A stretch of 64,000 nt of DNA from Auanema rhodensis (taxonomy: Eukaryota > Animalia > Nematoda). Both the position numbers and the translations under genes were made by a program. The notes below the pieces were generated by a model. The model did no database searches. It was not told the origin of the DNA and was given only the letters and a program-made list of their open reading frames with translations. The stretch covers positions 14,446,001 to 14,510,000 of the forward strand of contig OZ059895.1 in assembly GCA_964057225.1 (NCBI GenBank), read 5' to 3'. This document shows positions 11,989-25,155 of this stretch, piece after piece (position 1 is the stretch's first letter; each line of letters begins with the position of its first letter).

Positions 11989-14740
11989 GTTTAATGAAGT
12001 TTTATCCTCGTTAGAGGTTGAATTTCCAAGTGAGACTAAGTGTTATTGAGAGAGTAGACTAAAAAAATAATTTTAGTTCTGGTTTTCGTGCTAAAGAACA
12101 TAATTAAATAGAAAAAATAATTAAAAAGGTTAAGCAAAGTTAATTAAATTTAAAATTATTTCAATTAATTTAATTTGTAACACATTATGCATAATCCAAT
12201 TAACTGTATAATTAGGGATTACATGCTCAGATATTTCGATACTCACATCAATTAATGGATTAAGAAATTAAATATTTAAATAAAAATAGAAGAATAATAT
12301 TAAATAATTTAAAAAAGTATAAATTTAGAAATAATAATATGCAAATTATATAACCGAACGCCGTGTAAAGTTCTTATATGGTTTATTGCGGTGTGTGGGG
12401 TGTGGTGTAAGGGGTTATGGGTTAGTTGGTTGTATACATTGTACGAGATGTGTGGTGGTGTGTGCATAGCTAGAGATGCAAATCAATACTAAAAGAAACA
12501 TACGACATGACAAGTCAGCTCATCTTTATTCACTTGTTGCATAAAACTTTTATAGATCTAGCTCATATTGTATGTTTTTTTTACAACTATTGATTATTAG
12601 GAGAATAGAAATTTATTTTTTTAATCAAAAAATACAGTTTTTTAGGTTATTCTTTTTTGTTTCGAAAGGAAAATGAAAATGTAGGAAGGCATTTAACTTG
12701 TATCCGCATCCTTCATTACAAATTCAATGGAAATTGAAAAATTACAAAGACAGATGTGGTTTCAGTTGGCTTTCAATGCACCTAAGCTGTACGCAAACTA
12801 CAAATTCAGCCAATAAGCCATTTGATTCTTGAAAACAATGACACATACAAGATAAGAAATGAAAATGGGAACTGTATGAGGAGGAAAATTGGTATTATTC
12901 ATAATTTGTTCATTATAAATTTAAAATCAATAACAAAAAGAAAAATCTTTTGGTATAGTCAGTAGAATGCGTTGGCATCGGACAACAGGCGCGTAGTGAG
13001 GGGGAGAGATTCTTAGTGTAAAAGCAATAGAAAGATGAAGAACATGATGAATAGTACAGGAAATGAAGAGATTTTAGCTATATGATCAGGACTGAGAAGG
13101 TTGGGGGACAGCAGCAAAGAAGTTGTCTATTTCTCTCTAATTTCTTTATATTTTATATTATGCCTAACCAAAAGTTAAATATCTTAAGGGATCAACAACC
13201 TCTTCATCAGATAGAGAGATGAAACAATGGTTTTAAAGGAAATTCAGTGGAAAACTTGGTTCATTCTTCTGTAATACTATATGATCTTGAAAAGTAAAGG
13301 CAAGCAATCAAAGATGAATAACAGGTTCAGGTTAAGCTTTTTCGATGAAGCTTCGAATAAGGCAAAGATCTGCTTAAATCTTAAGATTTCGCCCACCGAT
13401 ATAGATATATCTGTCTGAAATCTTGCGATTCCTGAAATAGAACTTCCGGTTTCACCGATGTGACTCATGATGTGATATGTGCTCTTGACGGCAATTTCAT
13501 CGATACGATACGGCCACAATCCAATCTAAAATTTTCGATATTTTCCGATTTTTCATTTTCATTCAACTTCTAGTAGTTTAAGTTAATTCTTAATATCTGA
13601 TAAAATTTGGCATTATTTTTATAGTTAGTGCTAACTACAATACAATGTTTTTTCATATTATTTCATCACTAAGAAGTAAACAGTATTTTTTTGTCCAATA
13701 TTGATTTTTTTTCTTGAAAAAAGAGCTTTATTGTTGTTGTCAATTAAAGCATTCAATCTTTTCTCAAATAAATTTCTTTTTCAGCTAAATTAATTTATGT
13801 TACTAAGCAACGTTCAAATTTAATAAGTGAAATTAATATTAATAAGTGCAATGTAGTTTTCACTTAAAATATTCAGTAAAGTCTCTCTCTAATGTGTTAC
13901 TGGCTTTTACAGAAGAAGATATCTGATCGCCTCCACACATTATTGATGAGTAGTTACGATGACGAGGCATTCCCCTATATTTCGAAATATTCTGTTTTGA
14001 TTATGTACCTTATTGGATTTATTTTGCTATACATACCAAATCTCCAAATTACATGAAATAATCTAAAACGTTAAATTAAGTTGCGTAATCGTGCACATCT
14101 GCACAGCCGATTTCACTGTCCTTAAGAGATTGAAATGAGATTTGAGTGAACAGCTTGCTGCGCGAGGTAAATACAGTTCAAACTTAAAAAATGCTTTTTT
14201 TATGAAAGTAGGAATGTTTTTTATTCTTGAAAATTCTTAAAGAAGACTTCAATACAGTGCAAGCTTTTTTTTATTCTTGTCTACTAATGCATTCACTTAT
14301 TATAGTAAAATATAGAAACTATATCACTGTCAATAATATAATGAAACCTCTGATTTGAAACAAATAAGAATTAACATTTTGTATTATGAGAGTAGTAATC
14401 ATAATCGTTAAAATATATAATTTATCAAGTTTATTTTCAAGTTTGTAAACAACGAGACTTCTGTAGTTTCGTATATACGCAATTGCGGGCCACATTTTCA
14501 ATTTTTCTTGTACATGATTATCCAAGTTAACAGGTAATATGTTTATTAACTATATTCATTTGTTGTTTTCGTAATGTTTATTTTATTTATGTCTTGATAG
14601 AGAAATTTGACTATTGATTGAAGCATGTGATGATTATTATCTCAAGTTTAATCTTATTGATTTGACATTCATGTAGTCATGCTATTTTTCAACTTTATAG
14701 TTAAATTATATAGGGTACTACCGCTACTATAGCACATTAT

Positions 14741-15316
14741 ATGTCTGCATCAGCCATGGAATCTACTCAAGCTAAAGTTAAAACTGCTGTTGATGAGATG
14801 ATTGATGATTTGGACAAAAAATATCTTAGAGATATGCAAAAGAAAATGTTTGTATGTTCAGCTAAGTATGGTTTTTCTTCATTTTATAGTTCTTATTTTA
14901 AAATTTGTAGTTGTGTTGATAACAAGAAGAGTACAAGAGAAGCGGTTGAAAACTGTGTTGAAAATTGTAATACTGGAATGATGACTGCTCAAAGAAAATT
15001 GGAGTCCGAGTTGGCTACTTTACAGGTTTGGTTGCAAACATTTTCGTAAATCGAACAGTTTTTTTGTTATAGGATCAACTGTCTCGCTGTGCTATGACAT
15101 GCTATGATAAGCTCGTACAGCAATTTGGTCCTGATAGCAGCAAGTATTCTCAAGCTCAGGTTTGTTTTTTCAATAGTAAAAAAAACTGTTTGCTTTATGA
15201 TTATTTTTTAGACTACCTCGTTCCATGATCAATTAGACAAATGTGTTGCAACTTGTGCCGATGACCATATTAAGCTTATTCCAAAGATCAAGGAACGATT
15301 TGGTCGCGGTCTGTAG
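14741..15316 (+). CDS. FAM136A/DUF842 family protein
   Basis: MIDDLDKKYLRDMQKKMFVCSANC...VENCVENC...QDQLSRCAMTCYDK...LDKCVATCADDHIKLIPKIKERF; twin CX3C pattern; 4 exons. Confidence 0.92.
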
Positions 15317-15525
15317 ATTTTTTTATTTTAGTTAGTTATTAGAACCAATTTTAAAGTTATTTTTCGCATTGTTATTGTTACTGTTAATTTTATTATGTTT
15401 TTTTCCATAGAAATAATTTACAATGTGGCTTCGTTTTTTTGATTTAGCGTTCAATTCGCTTAACTACTATTATTTAATCTTAATTTCTTTATTTCAATTG
15501 TGTATTATTTTTCAGTAATGCTATT

Positions 15526-17860
15526 ATGCTTTTAATAGCATTTTTATCAATCCCTTTAATTTTTGCCAAAAATATTCCATCAAATCCCGGTAGAGTATGC
15601 GGATTTGGCGACTTCAATAATGATAGGAATACTGATATAATTGTTCAACGCGGAGAAAATTTAACAATTTTACTCCAAGAAGATAAAATACTAACTGTGG
15701 TACGTTTTATTTATAAAAAAAGTTTTTAAATTGTTTATTTACAGATCGAAGAGGGAACATTTAGGAACTCTTCGTCATTTAGAGTTGGACATCAAATTGT
15801 AGAATGCTCGCTTGGTGATTTCAACGGAGACTCACGTCTCGATGTTTTGGTATTTTTGTTTGGCTATTTTGTTTAATCTTTTACTCTTGGACTCAGGTGT
15901 CATCCAAAGCGAGTGAAGGATACAAACATTCAGTTTGGTTTGGAAGTGACTCAGGCTATTATGAAGTTGTCCTTGATACATTGAGTGCTCAAGCTATGGT
16001 TTGCAAACATATTTACTTTGAGTTCTCTGTTTTTCTTTAAGGCAGTAGATATTGATGGGGATGGTTTTCATGATGTTTTTGGATTCTATGACAATGGATC
16101 CATGTATTGTCAGAAGTTCGACAAATCGGGAACTAAAGATGAAAGTTGTTCCAACCTTTTCTCGTAAGTTTAAATTATTTTTATTGCCCTAATTGAATTT
16201 ATATAGGAGATTTGAACCGATTACTCCTTATGAAGGAATTCCTCATTTGTTTGTTGACTTATTCGGTACGTTTTTGCCTTTAAAAGCTAGTAATTAATTT
16301 TAAAATTTCAGGTGCTGATTTATTTGCTGAACTCGTCTTAATGCTCAAAACAAGTGAGGGTTTCTTGAAAATGCAGGTTTGGAGGAGAGTTAAAAGTGGT
16401 TGGCAGTTATATCCTAACATTATTCCATCGTTAGGCTCTTCTTCTACATTCAAAGTATTATCGTTTATTTCTTAGCTTCAATTTAATTGCGTATTCTTAA
16501 GCATATTGGAGCTCCAGTTCCTGCTGATTTTGATGCAGATGGAATAATCGAACTCCTTGTTCCAATCTGTGAAACCGAAGATTGTACATCAGTTGGTGAA
16601 GTGTACATATGGCAAAGTGGTAAGAATTGGACCCGACACCCTCTTGACATATCGGTATATCACTAAATGAAGTTCATATGGTCATTTACACTTTTAGGAT
16701 TTGAAAATAGTTTCTGATAAAGATTCTAAAGTTCTCTTCCGTGTTGGGGATTTTTCAATGGACGGCTATCCTGACTTACTTGTCACTGCTATTGAAAAGG
16801 GAAAAAATCCTTTGCCACGAGTTCTTGAAAATCAAGCTTGTTCTAACTGTGAGAGAAATGGAACGAAGTAATACTTCTATTGACTTTATTTTTAATATCG
16901 GACGTTTTGTAGAAAATTTGAAGTCAAGAAGCCTTTATTCATCCAACCAAAGGAAATTGCTCTGGGGACTATAACTATGACTTCATTCTTCGATTTAAAG
17001 GTATATCTTCTTCAGTGATCTTATAGCTAATTTGTATTTGCAACTTTAGGAGGATGGAAGCTTTGATATTCTCGTTGAATATAATACAACAGAATGGGAC
17101 GAATTAAGGTTCAGTTTTATCCCTTGTGATTATAAAGGAGATACTACTTTCTTGAAAATTCAAGTTTTTACAAGTGTCTGTGACAAGAATTGTAACCCAG
17201 ATTCTACTGAATTAGGTATGCGCTATTCAGAAATTCAATTGAACTTTGTTTATTAAATAGGTTCTGGTATTTCCTGGGGAGGGAGTTGTATGTCATTTTC
17301 GATGTCTGATGGATGGGGTGGATCTTTGAAGTCTGCGGCATGTCAACTTCCTGCAGTAACGCATAGGTTGAAATGGTTTTTTTTGTATCAGTAATCAGAT
17401 AATATATTCAGATCACTGATGGCTCCTTTCGTGTTATTCGGCCTTGGAAGAAGCCCTAATTTCGTTGATGAGGTTTTGTTAATTTTTATTTCATGACATT
17501 ATTCGTTAATTTGCAGTTAACGATTGGGGTACCTCGGTATTCCCCAAGAATTTACGGCCCATCGAGACAACATGTTCTCAAACAAATTGTTCCTAATTCT
17601 CGATTAAGTATTATGCCACCGAGTGGTGAGGGTACCCATTGGCAGAATAGGTTATATGTCACGCCATCACAGTTGATTTTACAGGTTTGTTCATCGAATA
17701 AATTCTTTCTTGATGTTTAGAATTGCAGAGTATTCTGGTCATCGTACTGGTGTGTTCGTTACTTCTTTTGGTCGTAGCTTTGCTTCATTACCGAGAGAAG
17801 AAAGAAGACCGAATGGAACGACAACAACAATCTCAACGCTTCCATTTTGACGCAATGTAA
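15526..17860 (+). CDS. lnkn-1: LINKIN/ITFG1 (TIP) FG-GAP repeat single-pass membrane protein
   Basis: Signal peptide, FGDFNNDRNTDI, GDFNGDSRLDV, ADFDADG, VGDFSMDGYPDL, FFDLKEDGSFDI, FGLGRSPNFVD, transmembrane helix, C-terminal QRFHFDAM*. Confidence 0.95.
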
Positions 17861-18532
17861 AATTCGGGCGAAACCGTGTTATAATCTGATTATTAGTTAG
17901 CACATTTGCCTTCTTGGGTACAGGTGATTATTCTCTTTTTTTACTGTTTTGACCTCTTTCTTCTTTATTGTACATTTTTCACAGTGAAAACAAATAAGAC
18001 ACATGTCCTACCCGGTAGACGTTGTGCATATTTATGAAAATTGTAGTATGTAATCGGGTTATATTAACTTAACGACATAGTGCTTTATATGGCTGTATCC
18101 TTTTCCGCTTTCGTGATCACTCCTAGTTTCTACGACCTTATATTAACTTGTTAATTCTGTGATATTCTATTGGGCAAATCATGTTTTGCAATATATTTGC
18201 CTCAACCTTTTTTTGTTCGAAAAGGTAATTTTCTGCTTTCATTTTTGCCTTTTGCCACATAATATTTCTTCATTTACCTTCCGAAACATATAAAAACATA
18301 AGAACGAAAGCTCCTATATAAATCATCTTGTGTACGTGCTATTACTCAGCCAATAATTTATATTACAATCTTATTCTTTTTTGTTTTTATGAAGAGCATA
18401 ATTTGAATTCATGAAGAGATAATAAATTGTTATTTATTCTTAATTGTTTTTATTTTTTTATTGCTCGAGTTCAATATCTCTAGATTATTTAAAGTCAATT
18501 TTTACGTTTAGGGTGCAAATTTATGTGTTTAG

Positions 18533-19884
18533 ATGTCTGGGGAAGAAATGGAGCCATCTTTAAAGAATGTCATTGAACAAAAGACCTTAAAATGGATTTT
18601 TGTTGGGGGTAAAGGAGGTGTAGGAAAAACTACTTGCAGGTAAGAGCAACTATTTTCATATTTAAAATTATTTTTGTTTTGTTTAAGTTGCTCTTTGGCC
18701 GCTCAATTAGCTAAGGTTCGCAGAAATGTTCTTTTAATTTCTACCGATCCTGCCCACAATATTTCTGACGCTTTTAATCAAAAGTTCAGCAAAAACCCTC
18801 AATTAGTTAATGGGTTTGAGAATTTGTTTGCTTTAGTAAGTATTTTGTTACAGAACTCTGTACGAAACTATTTTTTTTTCAGGAAATCGACTCTACTTTT
18901 GTTGCTGATGCTCCTGGTATTCCAGCTTTGAACAATCTTTCTGACAATGGAGGTGCTCTCTCGGGCATGGGTAAAGAATTCCTCCAAAATGTCATGGGAG
19001 GTCTTCCTGGCATTGATGAAGCCATGAGTTTTTCTGAGATGATTCGATTAATTAACTCAATGGATTTCGATGTTGTTGTTTTTGATACTGCACCAACCGG
19101 ACACACCTTACGATTACTGCAGTTCCCAGCACTTATTGAGACTGCTTTCTCTAAAATTATGTCTCTTTCTAGTTCACTTGGACCAATGGTCGGACAGGTT
19201 AGCTAAGTTTTGAAATTTTTGTTTAAGAATTCTTAATTTTGCTAAACGTTGAATAGCATACGTGAACTTACATATATGTGAGACAGCCAATATGATTTTC
19301 CTAGTTGATAACAAATATGCGGTTGCGTTTGAACAATTTTATTTGTTTTACAGATCTCTGGATTACTGGGTATGGGAGAAATGAATGTAGATGAGACTAT
19401 GAAGAAAGTTACTGAAACCATGGAATTAGTTCAAAAGATCAACGTTCAATTCAAGGATCCTGTAATACAAATTGCTGATTTTTCATTATTATATTATACT
19501 TATGCAGGATATGACAACCTTTGTTTGTGTGTGTATTGCTGAATTCTTGTCACTTTATGAGACCGAACGTCTCATCCAAGAGCTTACTAAACAAGGAATT
19601 GACACACATAACATCATAGTCAACCAACTGCTTTATCCGGATAAGGATGATTCTGGTTGTGTTCAATGCAAAAAATGTAATTCGCGATACAAGGTGCAAT
19701 CGAAGTATTTAGAACAGGTACGATCAATCTTCATCATAATTACAAGTTAACTATTTTCTAGATTGCTGATTTATATGAAGATTTCAACGTAACTAAGCTT
19801 CCGTTATTGGAATGCGAAGTACGTGGATCTGAACAGATTATCGATTTCAGCAAAAATCTTTACCATCCTTACGTTCCACAATAA
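18533..19884 (+). CDS. asna-1: GET3/TRC40/ASNA1 ATPase
   Basis: [66 protein letters not shown] motif, [12 protein letters not shown]. Confidence 0.98.
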
Positions 19885-21176
19885 AGATTTTATTGAATTT
19901 TTATTGAATTTGCTTTTGTTTCTCGTCATCTTAAATCTTATAATTTACTTGAGCTAGTGTTGTAAATTTTAGATTTGGTTATATTGGGGCCTTGCATCTC
20001 TTGTTAATAAATATAGTTAAATTATTACTTTCGCTTATTTCTTTAATGTGTCCGTGTATTCCGAACAGTATAAACTAAAGATATTTCAATCGCATGTGCA
20101 ACTATTCAAATTGATTCTGAATATTGAAGTATTTGGTTGGTATCCTAATCTAAATAGCATATTCTATAACCATTTAATAATAAAATATTTTGAAATATAA
20201 CATTGAATGTGATTTTTTAATAGATTTCAATGATTTTTGTCTTCTGAAACCTGACTTTTTTATCAGTATCAGACATTCAAGAAGGAACTATTCTCATATA
20301 AAGCAGTTTCTGATCAACTTGTAATTTTAATTAATTGGAAATGACGGATAATCTGTGTGATCTTTCGCAAATTTTAGAAGATAAATATAAAGAATTATAT
20401 ATTCATGAAATAAAACAGGCAATTATTTTCAAGACAACGAAGAAGATTTAATGATCAATGAATGCTTCAAATTTTGAATTTCAAGTTTATTAAAACGCTT
20501 AATAGTCTAAAAACTTCTAATTCTACCTTATAATGAGCATTTGATATCTGATGCTTGGATATATATAATACTTAAATATGAATATATTAAGAGATAAAAG
20601 AATATCTTATAAGTAATCATGAAAGGAAGGCGGAAAATATACAATTAAGATAGAGAATTGTCTGTACTCATAAAAAATATCTGAAAAAGCTTCTAGGCAG
20701 ATCTCCTGATTTTTGAACATTTTGGACGATGCAAGCGCTTCTTCTTTAACCATCTCATTTGAAGAACTATAATAATACAAGACCACAAATTTCGTTATTA
20801 TTTGTTTCACCAACTATATATTATTCATTTTTTTGCAATTCTACGTAATAGATAAGATATATATTTATGTATAAACTATAATTTTTATTCTTTTCATCAG
20901 CTGCATCTGCTTCTATATCACCGTTATCACAAATGCTGCAATCTGATCTGGTGGATAGAATTTAAATATTCGACCATTTCATTAATTATGAAATAAAATT
21001 ATTTATTAAACATCTGTCTACTAAGATTGAATTGATGTTTTTGAATATCTCTAATCTTTTATTAAATGGTTTGATGTACTTTTATATTTAAATCTTAACC
21101 ATATATATATACCCATATAGGTATATTTCAGTTGTATAGTAGTATTGATGATTTAACTATTGATATTTCCACAAAA

Positions 21177-22979
21177 ATGTGTACTAATCTAATGCATTAT
21201 AACTCAAATACATATGTATTATTACAAAATATATTATTTGCTATTAATTTAACTTTAACTATAATAACATTATATATTGTTATTTATCATTCTTCACCTC
21301 AAATGACGCCATATAAATATTTATTAATAGCTCATCTTGTATGGTATGTTTTAAGTTCATTTTATTTCAATCAATATATAGTAATTTATCTTTTTTATTT
21401 GTTTATTTTAGTTTTATACTTCATGATTTTTTTTTTAACGTATGTATAGCATTTCGTTCATATCCGGAATTTTGGGGATATCGTCAACTAGGCTTAGCTT
21501 CAAAACTTAAGATTCCTATACAATATGCTATACATATAGCTTTAGGATTTGTGGGAGGTAATTAGCATATTTTTGTTTTTTTTATGTTATAAAGTCACGT
21601 AAGCATTAACACCACGTGTATTAACACTTATTTATTTAAAATATGGTAATAAAGTAAATGAAATAATTTATTTTTTCAAATTTATTAAATTTTGAAAAAT
21701 AATATATTATTTAAATATAGTTATATATAGTTTTTAATAAAAATATTACCTCTTATCGGGTTTGTGTTACCATCCCCCCTTTATTCTTATTTCGCGCCCT
21801 TTATGAACCTTATTTTTCAAAATTTAATAACCTTTATCAAGTCTAGTATATCAGAAGATATCTAGTACCATTTGAGACCCAGACTTCGGCTTATCCACTG
21901 CCGAGAGTTTATGGAGACTCAGGGTACTTCATGAAAACTCAGAGTACTTTACTTTTTTTTTGAAAACCTATAAATTCATACAAGAGCGCTTCACCAAAAT
22001 AAAGGTAATGAGGGAAGGGGGGGGGGGGTGACGGATAAAACGGATAAGAGCAGCAAAAATATTTTAAAATATATAATTGAACTGATCATAATTGTTAATT
22101 TATTATAGAAGTTGTTATGGTTTATGTTCATATGATACATTATCGTACACGAGCTATCATAACACATTCACATCCATGCTATTTGCCCTCAAAATTGAAT
22201 TTTTTATTTCATTTTACTATTTATCAAGTATGGCTACCTGTATCTATTTGCATTTATATTTTTGGTACAGCAGATTATCAAGATAAATATAATCAATTAG
22301 AGGTATTTATTATATATATATAGTTATGTATATTATATTATATTATATTATATTATATTTGAAGGTATATAATATATGTAAATCTGATTATAGTTCTATA
22401 TTAATGAATGAAGATATAATAATATTTCGATATCAACGTATATATATCTTATTTACTTTTGTTGCTTTAGCACTTTTCCTACTTATAACAGCTATTTGTT
22501 CATTATTTTTACTTTCCATATATAGTTTATACTGCACACAAACAGTTTTATCGAAAAAAACAAGAAAACTTCAAAAATCCTTGTTATTTGCCTTATTTCT
22601 TCATGTAAATACAATGAAAAGTATTATTCTATAAGCTAAAAGTTCATATTCTAGATAGTTATTCCTGTTATGTTAATGCTTGTGCCTATACTAATAACAG
22701 TATTTGGCCATTCTCCAAGTACGTAATAATTTATATTATATATTATATTTTATATAATAATCAATTTAAATAATTTTAGTTATTGAAAATGCTGCACTGT
22801 TATTATATGCTTTTCATGGAGTAGCTAATTCAGTTGTTTTGATATTGGGTCATAAGGATTATAGACTAGCTATACGTAAATATGCTCGAATGATAGTTAT
22901 ATAAGCATATGTTATATCCATAACTGTATCGATATTCTTTCAGAATATTCTGTCGACAGAAACATCAAGAAATCTATAA
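21177..22979 (+). CDS. Serpentine 7TM chemoreceptor, Srh/Str superfamily-like
   Basis: YIVIYHSSPQMTPYKYLL, QLGLASKLKIP, LSKKTRKLQKSLLFALFLHIVIP, AFHGVANSVVLILGHKDYR; multiple hydrophobic segments. The final exon is uncertain. Confidence 0.8.
21750..22050. mobile_element. Degenerate MITE-like element in the large intron of the chemoreceptor gene
   Basis: Imperfect terminal inverted repeats: left CTCTTATCGGGTTTGTGTTACCATCCCCCC versus reverse complement of right end CTCTTATCCGTTTTATCCGTCACCCCCCC. About 300 bp, non-coding, more GC-rich than the flanks. Confidence 0.55.
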
Positions 22980-24520
22980 AGATCCAGTCTTTCTCATCAT
23001 CATCATCATCCTGAATGCATCTTTCAGCAGCACAATGAAACTGTGAACGAGAGACATCTGCATGTAAACATCAGCTACATATCCATGTAGTTCTAGATTT
23101 CTCTTTATATAGCAGCATCCAACAATATTTTATTGTTATTTAGAAGAAGTCACAATGAATTCAGTCACTTATTGTACAAATCGTTTGAATTGTAAATTAA
23201 GATATATGAACTTCAATGAATAAATATCTTAAAAGTATAAAATATTGCATAATATGAAAACTATATATAATAATATCTTGATTCATCTGAATTAATATAA
23301 TATAGTTGATTATATGAACACATAGTTAATAATATTTTATACAAAACATGTACATATACATTTATAAATATTTCCTTTTTCTCTGTATGATTATAATTTT
23401 TTTCTTAAAATGTTTTTCTTTTTCCTTTATGTCAGTTTCTTTTCTTCTGATTATTATCTATTCATTATATATATAGATAGATAGATATATATACTATATA
23501 GTATAGTATAGTATAGTATAGTATAGTATTCAATCTACCCATTTCTTATATTTTGTCATTATGGTTAAAGATCACGTTTACATTCGAAATGAAGGAACTT
23601 AAGAACATTAATAGCAAACGACTCAATGAGAAATCAATCGTTTTCATTGAAAAGAAAATGTTCTGATTGAACATACATACACATTCATTCATATTCTTCG
23701 AAATTGATGAAAAGACTGTTTAGCCATATGACTTTTCATTAGAACATACACAACATTCTATTACAAAAAGTATCAAATACAACATCAACACTTCTTTTAC
23801 GTCATCATTAAACTCATAAACTATATGTATATAGTTAGAAGAATTCATAAATAAATACAAAATGTTTAGTGTATGTATACATATATGAAGTATTAACCAG
23901 TTTTCTACCTCTACAAAACTCGCCGTCATACAACATCTTTTTCAATTTCCTTCCTCGACATCATCATCATCATCATCTCCCACCCCCAACCCTAATAAGA
24001 ACTTTTAAATTTATTTCTTTCATAAAAAAGTTTTATTTTCACATAGTTAGTATATATTAAAATTAATTTATATACATATTCATCACAGTAATCCTTTATT
24101 TCAATTACACATATGCATAGGATATGTATTGAAGTCTATTATTTATTCATTTTTTGCTTTAACTATTGCACGTTCATTTAGAAAATTAATCGATTATTTA
24201 ATAATTTATATGAATTGAAATATTTTTATAATAATCTCTCTCTATCTTTTGAATTCGTTATATTTCTCTCTATTGACTGTCTGGCAAAGCACTAAAAACT
24301 GTTTCTATTTTAGTTCACTTTTGGAAGAATCGGTTTAATATCATCGATTTTAAAAATATAAATTGGCGCCTAGTCAGAAAGATGCATACGTTTAAAATTT
24401 TATAAAAAGAAAGCGGTTGTATTCAGGATGTATAGAAGATTATTCCTAAACCTTGTTGCTTTGTCAGACAGTCTATGTCTCGTGAAGAGAGGCAATCTCT
24501 ACGCTGTGTTAGAGGCAGAC

Positions 24521-24545
24521 ACAGCACCCCAATGGGATACGGCGC
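24521..24545 (+). promoter_or_regulatory. PSE-like snRNA promoter element of SL RNA copy 1 (equivalents precede copies 2 and 3)
   Basis: ACAGCACCCCAATGGGATACGGCGC at -62..-38 is identical before copy 2 and variant before copy 3. CACTGGGAGGTGACACT is conserved just upstream of all three starts. Confidence 0.55.
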
Positions 24546-24582
24546 TTACATTAAAGGCACTGGGAGGTGACACTGCTTCATC

Positions 24583-24677
24583 GGTTTAATTACCCAAGTT
24601 TGAGGTACTTTCCTGATTCAACCAGAAACATTCTGTGTTCGAATTAAATTTTGGAACGCTCTCCACTGGAGAGCAAC
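24583..24677 (+). ncRNA. sls-1: Spliced-leader SL1 RNA gene, copy 1
   Basis: Exact 22-nt SL1 exon GGTTTAATTACCCAAGTTTGAG, GT donor, stem II (GATTC-AAC-CAGAA/TTCTG-GTT-GAATT), Sm site AATTTTGG, stem III GCTCTCC-ACT-GGAGAGC. Confidence 0.96.
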
Positions 24678-25060
24678 ATGAATCGAAAATCTTTAGATAA
24701 ATCAGTTCGTTTGATTTTTAAAATAGAAAAGTCAATGAGGATGAAGATCATTTTTGGATTTGGGGTTGAGATGAGCGGTTGTATTCAGGTTGTTCGCAAA
24801 TCTAAGTTGTAAGTTGCTCAGGCTCACATCGTTTAAGAAGAAAACCGTTTATTTCTAAAATTTCAGTAGGAAAGAGCGGTTGTAGTCAGGTTATAAGAGA
24901 AATTATCGCAAATCTAGGCCGCTTTCTGGTTCAGGCTCTTTCGCAGTAGTTACGCTCTCGTGAAGAGAGGCAATCTCTACGCGGTGTTAGAGGCAGACAC
25001 AGCACCCCAATGGGATACGGCGCTTCGATTGACGGCACTGGGAGGTGACACTACCTCTTC

Positions 25061-25155
25061 GGTTTAATTACCCAAGTTTGAGGTACTTTCCTGATTCAAC
25101 CAGAAACATTCTGTGTTCGAATTAAATTTTGGAACGCTCTCCACTGGAGAGCAAC
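25061..25155 (+). ncRNA. sls-1: Spliced-leader SL1 RNA gene, copy 2
   Basis: Identical to copy 1, 478 bp downstream. Confidence 0.96.

Larger units (their letters stand above)
14714..19884 (+). other. Probable three-gene trans-spliced operon FAM136A - lnkn-1 - asna-1
   Basis: Same strand, tightly packed, each ATG directly behind an unpaired acceptor. AATAAA at 18421 lies about 110 nt upstream of the asna-1 acceptor (18532), which is typical nematode intercistronic spacing. Confidence 0.7.

Noticed and set aside
13277-13519. 80-aa minus-strand ORF upstream of pat-4
   Set aside because: Non-ATG start and no recognisable motif. More likely outron/5'-UTR or regulatory sequence.
18009-18060. miR-51/miR-100-family hairpin (TACCCGGTAG)
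   Set aside because: The seed has an extra G relative to ACCCGUA and the hairpin is weak.
20280-20960. Protein-like fragments between asna-1 and the chemoreceptor
   Set aside because: I could not build a consistent spliced frame or recognise a family.
24333-24345. Fourth SL gene (GGTTTAAT)
   Set aside because: The match ends after 8 nt with no donor, Sm site or stems. The region aligns with spacer sequence instead.
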